DNA from: Pristiophorus japonicus
Lineage: Eukaryota
Assembly: GCF_044704955.1 (NCBI RefSeq)
Contig: NC_091981.1
Span: 5,890,001 to 5,954,000 of the forward strand
Direction: 5' to 3'
Length of the DNA: 64,000 bases
The translations under genes and the position numbers were made by a program. Under the pieces are notes generated by a model. That model saw nothing but the letters and a program-made list of their open reading frames with translations, was not told the DNA's origin and did not search any database. Shown here piece after piece: positions 52,326 through 64,000 of this stretch (the stretch's first letter is position 1; the number at the start of each line of letters is the position of its first letter).

Positions 52326-53399
52326 GGACGTCTGCTGCTCACCAGTTAAGGGCACTCTGCAGCAACAGACGGCCACTTGATGCTGGACAATGTTTAAAGC
52401 CCTCAGCAGGCTGGCCACGGTGAGTGAGGGTGCGAGCATATGCTGGGATGCTGCTGGATGCACCACTCACCACTATCCTGTTCCACTGGCATGTTCTGGG
52501 ACAGCTGCACTGTGGGATTGTACATGTTTGAAGGGCACCCGCAGGTGCTCAGATCACAGGTCGCGGCAGCAGGTGGAGGAATCGGTTCACCCGGCAGGCA
52601 GAATAATTTGCAATAACTGTTTCGGTGTCTTGTTTTATAAAAGGGAGTGGGCTTGAAATTATCTCCGGTCTCAGACCCCCAGGACCCAGTGTAAGAAACA
52701 TTGTCCTAAACAGCAGTAAAATGAAAGACTTGCATTTATATAGCGCCTTTCACAACCACCTAACGTCTCAAAGCGCTCTACAGCCAATGAAGTACTTTTG
52801 GAGTGTAGACACTGTTTACAAATTAACAAATGTAAATAGATGCAACTAAAAGCATAATTTCTAAGATGGGGCTATTGCATCCAAACCCAGTTTGGAACAA
52901 ATATTGATCACTTCAGGCTACAAATTAGTTTAAGCAGTCAAATGTAATTGAAACGAATTGCTCCCGAAGGCTATTCTGGTTTTGCCTGGAATGATCAGCC
53001 AATTAAAATTCGCGTTACCAGAAGTGCACAGCTGTGACTGAGGCCCAATGGAGACTGGTCTCGGGTTTTTGATCACTGTGCCTACGCTAACCCATTAGAA
53101 TGAATGAGCTACCATGGGTGTTCCGGTTGGACTTCCTCGACCCTTGCCTCTTTCAGCCTGTGCCAGAGTAGAGGTGGATTGGAGTTGCTGCCTTCATGGG
53201 GGAGGTGGAGGGGAAATTATGACATTCTCCTGATTTCTGTTGTATAACTTTCAATATATAAAGCTGAGCAAGTGTACACTGATGCAGTGAATCCGGAGTT
53301 GACTTCGGCTATTTTTGTGCTTGATACAATGATCACGTACGACCTAACCACCCAACTCATTGTGTTTGTTACCTAGGTTGAAGCTTTTCATTCTCGAGC

Positions 53400-54722
53400 A
53401 TGGGTATCCACGGATTGATGAGCTACATTGGAGAAAATCGTAACTTTTTTAATAATGTCAAGTTGCAAAATACAAAAATTGTAATCGATGGTAATAACTT
53501 ATTTCATCGACTTTACTTCGACTCTCTTATCGACCTCCAGCATGGAGGTGACTATGATTCTTTTACCGATGTCATCTGCAAATTCTTTGATGCCCTGTCC
53601 CTCTGTAACATTGCACCGTACGTGGTATTTGATGGTGGATGCGACTCTACCGATAAAAAGCTTGAAACGCTCAAACAACGTGCCAGGGACAAAATCCAAC
53701 GGGCGCACCAAATTTCGAGAGGCGGCGGAGGGACACTGTTACCGCTGCTCGGCGCGGAAGTTTTTAAACAAGTTTTAGTGCAGTTGCAAGTTCCTTTTGT
53801 TCAGTGTCATTCTGAAGCAGACCGTGACATTGTGACTCTTGCTAATCAATGGGCCTGCCCCGTCCTAACACTAGACAGTGACTTCTGCATCTTTGATTTA
53901 AAGGCTGGTTATTGTCCGCTCAATTACTTTAAGTGGAAAAACGTAATTACTCTTAAAGGTGGCTCGGAGTCCTACATTTCAGCCCAATGTTTCTCTGTGG
54001 AGAATTTCTGTAAGCACTTTAGCCACATAAACAAAGCTCTTCTCCCTCTCTTTGCGGTGTTAAATGGCAATGATTATGCCAGCCTTCCTTCCTTGGAGAC
54101 CTTCGTCGCCCGAGTGCAACTCAATATAGGGACTTCTGCTTTCACAAGGAGGAAAAACACACGGATTCAAGGGCTCCTGAACTGGCTGTCCAGATTTACC
54201 GAGCCGCAGGAGGCAATCGAAAACATTCTGAAGTACCTGAAACCAAATGAACACGAGGAGGTCCGCCAGCTTCTCTCTTCACAAATGGATGAATACACTC
54301 AGTCAGAAGTGGACCTCGCAAAGTTCTTTCAGAACCGAGAAGCAAAGCCCGACGTTCCCACCGTGATGGCCAACAAAGCCCCCGAATGGATGCTGGTTGC
54401 TCTGATGAAAGGCGAATTGGCCCCCTTTCTCAGCGACTGCCTGATCATGAAGAGGACGTTCCTGAGTACTCAGGTGGAGAACATGGGCAGGCCCAGCAGT
54501 CACCGGTGTTCCCTATATATCCGCCAGGTTATGTACGGACTGCTACTGGGCCCCAGCGAGACTGATCCTGACTCGGCAGCGGATGTGACTGGACAATGCA
54601 GCAAGGTGCATTGTGTGGAGGAATTTGCAAGACATGAGCGAAACCTGAGAAAAACTAGCATTCAGACAGTGCTGAAAAGATTCAGCTCGACTGGAGTCCA
54701 TTCATTGCGAAGCCTGCCAGAG
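53400..54722 (+). CDS. ASTE1: ASTE1 (asteroid homolog 1, XPG/PIN-like nuclease) coding exon 1
   Basis: Motifs MGIHGLMSYI, IVIDGNNL, GGDY, YVVFDGG, EADRDI, DSDFCIF and GNDY. Acceptor tgtttgttacctag puts the exon start at 53377; donor GAG|gtaagt, phase 0. Confidence 0.95.
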
Positions 54723-55522
54723 GTAAGTGCGATCTAGGACCGTATCCTCTCCCTAAGTCACACCCACCTCTGCCTTGATCAACAAACTCATCGCAATATT
54801 TCTAAACTTGGAATTTTTGTGCAAAGTGAGGCCCATCACTGCCGGATATGAAATGTTTTTTCATTTTGCTCTGCAGATCATGTTGTATATTCACATGAGA
54901 TCCCTTGCTGTTCCTTCATTCCAAAATCACAGCACCCAATGTCCCATTTTCATTTTTGAAACCACGTATCCAGTAGTGTTTGAGAAATTGACCTGCCGAA
55001 TAATGGGCAATTTCTTCATGTGGTCCACCACTATTTGAGTTGAGACCGGCCAACCTAATATCATGTAAAACTCATACATTTTATATAGCCGGCATCTAGC
55101 TTTATACTGATGTATTGCCCCGTCAATTATATCAAACAAAACTGCATGGGACTAGGACCAGTCTCTGTTTTGAACTTTGGCGAGGAATGATTGCTTTCAT
55201 TTAACTTTAGCTGGTTGAATTTCATATGAAGTGTGGGCAGAAACCTTCCTTGTCGCCACAAGATAAATATTTATAACTTTCACTTTCTCTGATATTTTTG
55301 GCATTTAGACATGATTTTGTTTTTTTAACACCCTGACTCGCTTGTGTCTCTTAAGCTCTCAGTATTGGGAAACCTGCTGGATTCCAATTTAATTTGTTTT
55401 TTAAACTTTCCTGACCCCTAAATATTCGGTAGTAAACCATTGTATTGATGAATCAAAGCTATATCCTGTACATATGGACTGGTTTGTTGGAGTATGCTGA
55501 TCACACACGTTACCTTTTATAG

Positions 55523-55721
55523 ATTTCTATGTCGGACAGAATCAGCTTTCTATTGGACACTCTGAAAGTGAAACCAACTGTGCAGACTGTACCAGCTCAC
55601 CTGCGGTTAACAGTTGCTGCAACCTGCTACTGGATAGCTCATGCTGAACCCAGAGTGACCCTGCACCATCTTCAGGCTCTGCTGCTTTGCATTGTAACTG
55701 GCGAATTGCATAAACTGTCAG
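55523..55721 (+). CDS. ASTE1: ASTE1 coding exon 2
   Basis: Acceptor ccttttatag|ATT and donor TCAG|gtaaat; encodes ISMSDRISFLLDTLKVK...ATCYW...LHHLQALLL. Phases 0 and 1 fit the neighbouring exons. Confidence 0.9.
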
Positions 55722-56670
55722 GTAAATAGAAGATATAGAAAGAAAGCACGTCAGTGTATTGTGATTCAGTGAGGTACACCACGACACAAGCGCTGCAGCA
55801 TAGGGGTTATAGGATATGAAGGGATTTTGCTTTAGTTACACTGCACTGAGTTCATGATCTGGAAAAGCCAAACCCCTTCTTTCTTCTCCCTTTCTTTATT
55901 GGCCCAGATAAAATAGGGGACAATTAGATCTGTGCTGCAATCATTGTTGCTGTCAAAAGCGTTATTGACAAATGTAGAATGGATTGACATCTTCAGAATG
56001 GTTACCCCCTATTCCTTGATGGTATATCGGAGAGACAACATGCATTTTATATAGCACCATAATATCCTCAAGACATCTTGGGGAGCTATGGCAGATTAAA
56101 TCCTTTAAAATAATGCCAGGTTTTTTAAAATTCCTTCTAAAAGTTGCTGGGGGTGCTGTTCTCTCAGCACTGACCAGGCCTCCTGTAGTTCACTCGAATG
56201 GGCACTTCCCATACGGAGCCTAGACCGTGATGGTCAGCAGGATCCACACACCCGGCCTGACATCAGTCATGTGCTTTCCGGGAGAGGTCACTGGATAGCA
56301 TTTGGAAGCGGGAACCATGATTTGTCTGTCTTGTTCTTCCCATCTCCTCCTCCAAATCCAGAGATGCCAAAAGCAATTCTTGTACCCTGGCCGAGTCGAA
56401 TCTGGGGCCTTTTGCTAGTTCGAAATAATCATTAAATGTCAAATTTACAGAACAGTTTTTGTAACTTGACATAAAGGCCAATATTCTAGAACAAAGGTTA
56501 ACATTAAATTATGGTGTCTGTCTTGATTCTTAAGGGAATCTTTGATGGCAGCCTTGAGAAACAGATACATTTTCAGATACTCCATGACCATTCTGTGAAC
56601 TTCATCTAATGATAAATAATTGCTGAGGGAGCATGACTAATTAATTGCCTATCCAATCAAACCTGCCTAG

Positions 56671-56860
56671 GTAACTGGAGGTGTGAGAAGGGCGTTAGAG
56701 TGGTGCACGAGAGACTGTCCCGCCTCAGATTGAGGAAGCAGATAAGGAATCTGGATATCGATGTGGCTCATGTCTTCTGTCAGTGGCAGAGCTGTCTTTT
56801 AATGGGAATCTATCTCAATCAGGCCCTGTGCTATCCCCTTGCAGTCCCGGATATTACACG
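56671..56860 (+). CDS. ASTE1: ASTE1 coding exon 3 (absent from the ORF track)
   Basis: Acceptor cctgcctag|GT and donor ACACG|gtaagg; encodes GNWRCEKGVRVVHERLSRLRLRKQIRNLDIDVAHVFCQWQSCLLMGIYLNQALCYPLAVPDIT, matching the conserved AHIFCQWQSCL motif. Phases 1 and 2. Confidence 0.92.
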
Positions 56861-57422
56861 GTAAGGAAATATGTACATGTTTTATAGAGAGCGGCTTGAT
56901 CACTGAATGCCAATCATCTCATCTGAAAAACGGATAATGCCTTGTTCCCTTCCGAAACCTAGATTTAAGTAGCAGCAGTACGGTTGGTAGATGTATGTGA
57001 ATATAATTCACATTTAAAATCTTACAAAGGTTATTAGCGGTGAATGTGATCTACATGTTCCTCGCCTGTGGAATGTGAATCTGGCTAAAAGGTACAAGAA
57101 ATGTAAAGCACCAGTTTCTCTCCTGGTTTTCTCATAGTTCACCCTATTCCAATATTATTTTGTCCTGTGTACAACTGGTTACAAATCCCTTCAGCTCTGC
57201 TCCAATTAAAATTACACGAATTATTCAACAGTTTTGACGTGTGTATATAATCTGTACTCCAGAACAGAGGAATATCAATTTGCGCACACACGCACACACA
57301 GAGAGCATGGCTAAATGTGAGGACATAGGGTTGTAAATTGGGCAGAGTGATAAGATGTATTCTGGGAGGAAGTACAAGGCATATGCACTAAATGATAAAA
57401 CTTTACGGTGTGTAGACACCTG

Positions 57423-57787
57423 GGGGCCGGAATTGGTCATCCGCCCATTTCTCGGCGGTATGTCAGCAAAATTAGTGCGGACGGTCTGCTCTGGCGGTGC
57501 AGGGACTCTTTGGGTCTTAAGTCTCCCTTTCTCTCTCTTTCCCCTCCCCCCCGCAGAAGCCAGAGACTGCCAACATCAGGTTGGTGTCTCAAGGCAAGTT
57601 TAGATTTTTAGTTGTTTTATGCAGTGTTTTGGGTATTTTTGTGTTTTTCTGGGGGGGCGGTGGACAACACATAGTAGTTTACATATCAACATAAAATCAC
57701 CGTTTTTCAGATGGTGGTATGCTATCACTTTTGGGCGCTCCATATGCCGCTGATGAATTTCCAGTCAGGCGGTATGGGGGCATTTTA
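57423..57787. mobile_element. MITE in an ASTE1 intron
   Basis: Inverted ends GGGGCCGGAATTGGT ... ACCAATTTTGGGCCC, with CTG on both flanks. Confidence 0.65.
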
Positions 57788-57824
57788 TCCACCAATTTTG
57801 GGCCCCTGGTGTTCAGATAGACAA

Positions 57825-58660
57825 ATAAGAACTTAAGAATTAGGAACAGGAGTAGGCCATCTAGCCCCTCAAGCCTGCCCCGCCATTCAACAAGATCATG
57901 GCTGATCTGGCCGTGGACTCAGCTCCACTTACCCGCCCGCTCCCCATAACCCTTAATTCCCTTATTGGTTAAAAATCTTATCTGTGACTCGAATACATTC
58001 AATGAGCTAGCCTCAACTGCTTCCTTGGGCAGAGAATTCCACAGATTCACAACCCTCTGCGAGAAGAAATTCCTTCTCAACTCGGTTTTAAATTGGTTCC
58101 TTTAAATCTTTAAAGTGACAAGTTGATAAAGTTGTAAACAATGATTTTCAAGTAAGCACAGTGTACAATGGCAAAGAGGTAATGCTGAACACATTGATTG
58201 GGCCACAGTTAGAATATTGTTCCGTTTTGGGTGCCTTACTTTACGAAGAATATCAAGGCTGCGGAAGGTGCAAGAGAGTCTCTATCTGGATCAGAGCTGT
58301 AATTGAGGAAAGACTAGAGAAACTGGAGCTGTTTTCACTGGACCAGAGAAGCGCAGGATTTGCTGGAGGTGTTCAAAGGCCTTTAATGAAATAAATAATA
58401 AAAATCTATTGCCAGTGGTCTGAGAGGACACAGATGGGAGGTTAAGAGAACTTTCTTTACACAGAGTGGGACATGGAGTGGCAAAAGCAGAATATTAAAA
58501 ATTTTCAGGAACGATAGATTTTTATTGGGCAAGGGATCAACGGATCGTAAAAGGAGTTGAGGTACAGACCAGCCATAAACTAATTGAGGGGCGGAATGGA
58601 AAGCTGAGTCCACATAGATTCAGTGGGACAAAGTCTCCTCTTGTCTGTACAACTCTGTAA
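57825..58660. mobile_element. Young CR1 3' end (minus, 57825-58100) plus a decayed CR1 (plus) within an ASTE1 intron
   Basis: Near identity to other young CR1 3' ends in the window; PQLEYCS remnant. Confidence 0.8.
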
Positions 58661-59130
58661 TCTGTGGGACATGGTGAATGTCCTCAAGTGTGCTGATTGA
58701 TAACTGAATTAATATTAGCACAACAGGAATACAGATTTTCTACGGTACAGATATTTCCTTATTTCTGCAGGGACACACAAGTGAACAGCTCTGAAGTGGC
58801 ACCCCACCCACCTACCCATTGGTAGATAGCAGATACTTAACCTACTTTCCTGATGTATATAGTAGTTCTCTTCAGTTTCTGCACTTGGTGAAGCCAAGGA
58901 AATATATTTTCTTTCGGGTTGTAGAAATGCATCCATCTCAGAATAGGTGCCAGGAGAGTTTTGTCAGCGTTACCAGTCAAAGACTTCTGCAGCATTCAGA
59001 GTTTCACTTTTCCAACATGTTTTACACTTTGAGCAATGCTGCCAGTTTTCGAATAACTTGGTTGATTTGCTGAATATACTGAGAGCCCACTAACTTGCGT
59101 CCGTTCTCTCTCTCTCTCGATCTTGGAAAG

Positions 59131-59422
59131 ACTCTATAGTGGGACTCTTGTTCATTGCTTGCACCAGGAGCTGAAATCGGTTGCTGCAGAGGATCTATTG
59201 AATGGATCACTAGTTGCAGCAGAGATGTACTGCCAGCTCCTGCACACAGTGACTGCAACGGTACCCGCAGACTTCTTCCAAGGGAGAAGATCCAAGGGCC
59301 GGGCCAAAGTGAAGGAAAAACAAACGACTCGTTCAACAGTCTCACCGACGAGCCAAGGGCTCCCTACCTGGCATGATGTCAATAACCAATTTGCAGCCTT
59401 GTCGACTGAGGATTTCGAATAA
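59131..59422 (+). CDS. ASTE1: ASTE1 terminal coding exon
   Basis: Pyrimidine tract then gaaag|A CTC TAT; encodes (R)LYSGTLVHCLHQEL...NNQFAALSTEDFE-stop. The spliced CDS is 1323+199+190+292 = 2004 nt, or 667 aa. Confidence 0.92.
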
Positions 59423-60533
59423 AACCGGTTCACTAATCAATCACCAGATGAATCAACAACTCGGAATCCTGAATACAAACTGCATGTGGGACATAACCAC
59501 TCGCAATGCACTGAGGTTTTGTAGATGTTTTTAAAATTGTCCTTTAAAGAGAAAAAGTTAATTTTATGGTGCATTTGTAGCAATTACATAAACATTTACA
59601 CGGTTTGGTTGCTCTACTTGTGAAAGCAGTCCACAAGGTGAGCAACTGCTAATCGCAGACTGAAAATAAATCTGTTTCACTGTAGAGTTTAGTTCAGATC
59701 GGATTCGAGGGTCAATTAAACTCCAATTACCTTTTGTTGCCCACCAAATCTATTTTACAATGTCACTCCCTTTCATTGCTAGCCACTGTAGCCTGTGTTT
59801 GGCTGACGCACCTTTTTTTCAAATCACTGTACAAGGCATATTGGTGATTTGTATACTTCCGCCCCCCTTGAATACCAATTTCTATTCACCACCCCTTCCC
59901 TGAGGGCAGAGTGCGTGGTTTCCCTTTTACACGGTACTCCAGTGGCCATTACTTATGACCCTGGGGAATAAAAGTCGGGCTATTTCGCTAAGCCCAGTCC
60001 TGTTTTCACCGGTGATCCACAACAGGAACCCTTGGAGTTTCTCTCCGTCACTGAGGGATGCTGAATCCAAATGTAGTACCCTTACTGATTCTCTAATTAT
60101 CCAGGTCAGGCGTCGAATCGTGGCAGGACTTTCTGCTGAGTGTGGATGCCTGGTTCATTGAGCAACTGAAGCAGTTTGCAAGTTGCCATGTTGATCCACT
60201 CCACATTACAGTGCTAATTTGGCATCTCTTACTGAGTTTGTTAAACAGTGCAGTGTTCCAACCAGCAACAGAAATACATTAACGGTTTTCATCGACAAGG
60301 TAAATGGACAGTGCAAGTAAACAGAAGGTTTAAAATTGGCTTTTATATGCATCAAACTCTATATGCAGTGGTCACAATTTGTGTGTGTTAATTTCAGGAC
60401 CCGTATCTATCCCAAAGAAGTATATTTTTATTCAAGGTGCTTTCATTTTATATGTGTACTAGATTCTATCCTGCCAGTTCAGCCGTCTGAAATAACAATT
60501 TTTGTAACTGCATCTGATTCTATCTGGAAATGG

Positions 60534-60539
60534 AATAAA
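60534..60539 (+). terminator. Likely ASTE1 polyadenylation signal
   Basis: AATAAA followed by a T/GT-rich tract at about 60554-60568. Alternative AATAAA hexamers lie at 59418 (overlapping the stop codon) and 59665. Confidence 0.5.
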
Positions 60540-61094
60540 ATCTTGATGTAAGATTTGTTTTTTTGTGGCAACTGTATGCATTATCGCAACTCAGTTTATA
60601 AAATATGGCCATTTTTAACTTTAATAAATTTCATACTATGTTGGAGGGGGCAACTAAAACAAAGAGGCTAACAATACTTAAAATACAAGTGTTAACACTG
60701 GTTTATAAGTCAATTAATAGCATTGAAAGATGCAAAATGCACAGTACAGAAAGTAGCTTTTGAACATTCTGTGCAGCCTCCATTTCCAAGTTTCAGAGAA
60801 ATCATTCATCAAAACAGAAAGATAGAATCCAGCCCAGCTCAAACCTCCAGAATTGCCTTAGCTTTGCCTGGGTCAGTTTTCCTTGCTTGAAACTGATGCA
60901 GCTCGAGTCACTGCATTCCAAGCTCTACTGTATGAGCGCATAGTGTCCAACATGTTATATAGTTCTTAACTTGAGAACAAAAGTTTCCTCAGTGGAATCT
61001 AAAACAGCAGCCAACCAGTGCAGGAATTGGTTTGCGCTATGACTTGGTCCAGGGGCTGCAATGGTGGAAGTGGTGTTAGAGGGTAAAACACTTC

Positions 61095-61427
61095 GGGGCC
61101 GAAATTGCCACGTTTTTTTTTAAAGAGCAGTTACGATCGGGACATTGCCCTCGTGATCTTTTGAGGCGGAGAAGGTGTCTGCCCCGCTCCTGTGCCAATG
61201 GCGATAATGACATCATTAGTCAATCGATCCTGGTGGCTCAGTGGGCTCGCAGCAACTCTCCCCTTTAAATCGCGCCCAGCACGGCGCTGAGAACACCTGC
61301 TGCCCCAATGATTTTTTGAAAAACAGGGCAATTTTCCTCTCTTCGCCCCACCTCAACAATTGGGCGGTAATTCACCAGACAATTCGAATTATCCACCCCA
61401 GACGGGGCGGAGGGCAATTTTGGCCCC
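61095..61427. mobile_element. MITE / non-autonomous DNA transposon (Harbinger-like ends)
   Basis: Terminal inverted repeats GGGGCCGAAATTGCC ... GGCAATTTTGGCCCC. Confidence 0.75.
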
Positions 61428-61485
61428 TTGTTCTTTCTACTTTCCCCGCCTCTGTACATGTTAAAACCTGTTACATCTAACTTTT

Positions 61486-61525
61486 CCCAGTTCTGACGAA
61501 GGGTCGACCTGAAATGTTAACTCCA
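61486..61525 (+). ncRNA. Minimal type I hammerhead ribozyme motif in a Penelope-like remnant (61430-61585)
   Basis: CTGACGA (61493-61499), AGGGTCGACCT stem II, GAAA (61511-61514), then TGTTA and ACT pairing with the upstream AGT. Confidence 0.55.
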
Positions 61526-62224
61526 TTTCTCGCTCCACAGATGCTGCCTGACCTGCTGAGATTTCCAGCATTTTCTGTTCTTTCTAAATTCAACCCTTTT
61601 TTTTTCGAAAACTTAACCTAATCATCCAGTCGCTCCCTCTCAGCTTAATACACTTTCTAAAGTTCATAGAACACAAAACAAAAGCTTCAACGGGTGTATA
61701 GGCGGACATAATTTTCCACACACCGCAGACTATTTCATAATAAAACTGTTGAAATTTGCCAGTGTGTTTTTTTAAGTGGAGTAGAAAGTGCTCAAGACGG
61801 AAGTAAAATATTCCATCATGACAAGCGACTGAACAGTATCGACTCATCCTGGGAAATTAAGCACACTGCACAAGCTCAGCTGACACAATTCAAATTGAGG
61901 GGGATTGACAGGGTAGATGCTGAGAGGATGTTTCCCTCTGGCTGGGAAGTTTAGAACCAGGGGTCACAGTCTCAGGATAAGGGGTTAGCCATTTAAGACT
62001 GAGATGAGGAGGAATTTCTTCACTCAGAGGGTTGTAGCTCTTTGGAATTCTCTGCCCCAGAGGGCTGTGGATGCTGAGTCGTTGAGTATATTCAAGGCTG
62101 AGATTTCTGGACTCTAGGGGAATCAAGGGATTTGGAGATCGGGTGGGAAAGTAGAGTTGAGGTCAAAGATCAACCGTGGTCTTATTGAATGGCGGAGCAG
62201 GCTCAAGGGGTCACAGCTCTGGAC

Positions 62225-64000
62225 ATAAGAATTAGGAACAGGAGTAGGCCATCTAGCCCCTCGAGCCTGTTCCACCATTTAACAAGATCATGGCTGATCT
62301 GGCCGTGGACTCAGCTCCACTTACCCGCCCGCTCCCCGTAACCCTTAATTCCATTATTGGTTAAAAATCTATCTATCTGTGACTTGAATACATTCAATGA
62401 GCTAGGCTCAACTGCTTCCTTGGGCAGAGAATTCCACAGATTCACAACCCTCTGGGAGAAGAAATTCCTTCTCAACTCGGTTTTAAATTGGCTCCCCCGT
62501 ATTTTGAGGCTGTGCCCCCTAGTTCTAGTCTCCCCGACCAGTGGAAACAACCTCTCTGCCTCTATCTTGTCTATCCCTTTCATTATTTTAAATGTTTCTA
62601 TAAGGTCACCCCTCATCCTTCTGAACTCCAACGAGTACAGACCCAATCTACTCAATCTATCATCATAAGGTAATCCCCTCATCTCCGGAATCAGGCTAGC
62701 GAATCGTCTCTGTACCCCCTCCAAAGCTAGTATATCCTTCCTTAAGTAAGGTGACCAAAACTGCACGCAGTACTCCAGGTGCGGCCTCACCAATACCCTA
62801 TACAGTTGCAGAAGGACCTCCCTGCTTTTGTACTCCATCCCTCTCGCAATGAAGGCCAACATTCCATTCGCCTTCCTGATTTCCTGCTGCACCTGCAAAC
62901 TAACTTTTTGGGATTCATGCACAAGGACCCCCAGGTCCCTCTGCACTGCAGCGTGTTGTAATTTCTCCCCATTCAGATAATATTCTCTTTGACTTTTTTT
63001 CCCCAAGGTGGATGACTTCACACTTTCCGACATTGTATTCCATCTGCCAAACCTTAGCCCATTTGCTTAGAAAATAGGTGCAGGAGTAGGCCATTCGGCC
63101 CTTCGAGCATGCACCGCCATTCAATGAGTTCATGGCTGAACATGCAACCTCAGTACCCCATTCCTGCTTTCTCGCTATACCCCTTGATCCCCCTAGTAGT
63201 AAGGACTACATCTAGCTCCTTTTTGAATATATCTAAACCTATCTAAATCTCTTTGCAGCCTTACTGTGTCCTCTACACAACCCGCTTTCCCACTAATCTG
63301 CAAATTTTGTTACACTACACTCTGTCCCCTCTTCCAGGTCATCTATGTATATTGTAAACAGTTGTGGTCCCAGTACCCATCCCTGTGGCACACCACTAAC
63401 CACCGATTTCCAACCCAAAAAGGAACCATTTATCCCGACTCTCTGCTTTCTGTTCGGCAGCCAATTCTCTATCCATGCTAATACATTTCCTCTGACTCCG
63501 CGTACCTTTATCTTCTGCAGTAACCTTTTGTGTGGCACCTTATCAAATGCCTTTTGGAAATCTAAATACACCACATCCATCGGTACACCTCTATCCACCA
63601 TGCTCGTTATATCCTCAAAGAATTCCAGTAAATTAGTTAAACATGATTTCCCCTTCATGAATCCATGCTGCGTCTGCTTGATTGCACTATTCCTATCTAG
63701 ATGTCCCGCTATTTCTTCCTTAATGATAGTTTCAAGCATTTTCCCCACTACAGATGTTAAACTAACCGGCCTATAGTTACCTGCCTTTTGTCTGCCCCCT
63801 TTTTTAAACAGAGGCGTTACATTAACTGCTTTCCAATCCGCTGGTACCTCCCCAGAGTCCAGAGAATTTTGGTAGATTATAACGAATGCATCTGCTATAA
63901 CTTCCGCCATCTCTTTTAATACCCTAGGATGCATTTCATCTGGACCAGGGGACTTGGCTACCTCGAGTCCCATTAGCCTGTCCAGCACTACCTTCCCTAG
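62225..64000 (-). mobile_element. Young CR1 LINE running off the window, with a short CR1 3' end inserted at about 63068-63235
   Basis: ORFs 63293-63988 and 62311-63033 are nearly identical to the 22278-26110 copy. Confidence 0.94.

Noticed and set aside
49495-53400. In-frame HSCB-ASTE1 fusion protein via the donor at 49495
   Set aside because: The splice would be in frame but meets TGA at 53379-53381 immediately.
56150-60170. Two faintly similar segments (about 56150-56420 and 59930-60170) that might be an old SINE
   Set aside because: The similarity is too weak to support by eye; it needs a Dfam search.
60838-60910. Minus-strand ...AILEV-stop resembling the ATP2C1 C-terminus (FLEV)
   Set aside because: There is an in-frame stop about 22 codons upstream, no further similarity and no convincing acceptor.

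Overview
Vertebrate genomic DNA dominated by transposable elements. The CR1, L2, Deu-type SINE and Mag-like Gypsy content suggests a cartilaginous fish (inference). Three host genes lie around one CpG island. (1) NEK11 on the minus strand: a putative non-coding exon ending at 47653 and the first coding exon at 40082-39827, which the ORF track misses; the following intron appears to run past the left edge (>39.8 kb). (2) An apparently intronless, very GC-rich HSCB (Fe-S co-chaperone) ORF on the plus strand from 48948 into a 200-N gap, preceded by a tandem array of six CCAAT boxes. (3) A complete four-coding-exon ASTE1 (53400-59422, 667 aa when spliced). The most notable observation is the intronless HSCB copy inside the NEK11/ASTE1 divergent promoter region, either nested in ASTE1 intron 1 or sharing its transcript. 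The NEK11 intron is filled with nested elements: a full-length Gypsy provirus with Tx1-in-CR1-in-Gypsy-in-CR1 nesting, a near-complete CR1, solo LTRs, bipartite RTE derivatives and a C2H2 zinc-finger pseudogene fragment. Three retroposon families carry internal minisatellites (33, 56 and 48 bp). Two Penelope-type minimal hammerhead motifs are also present. Most long ORFs in the track are TE remnants or repeat artefacts.
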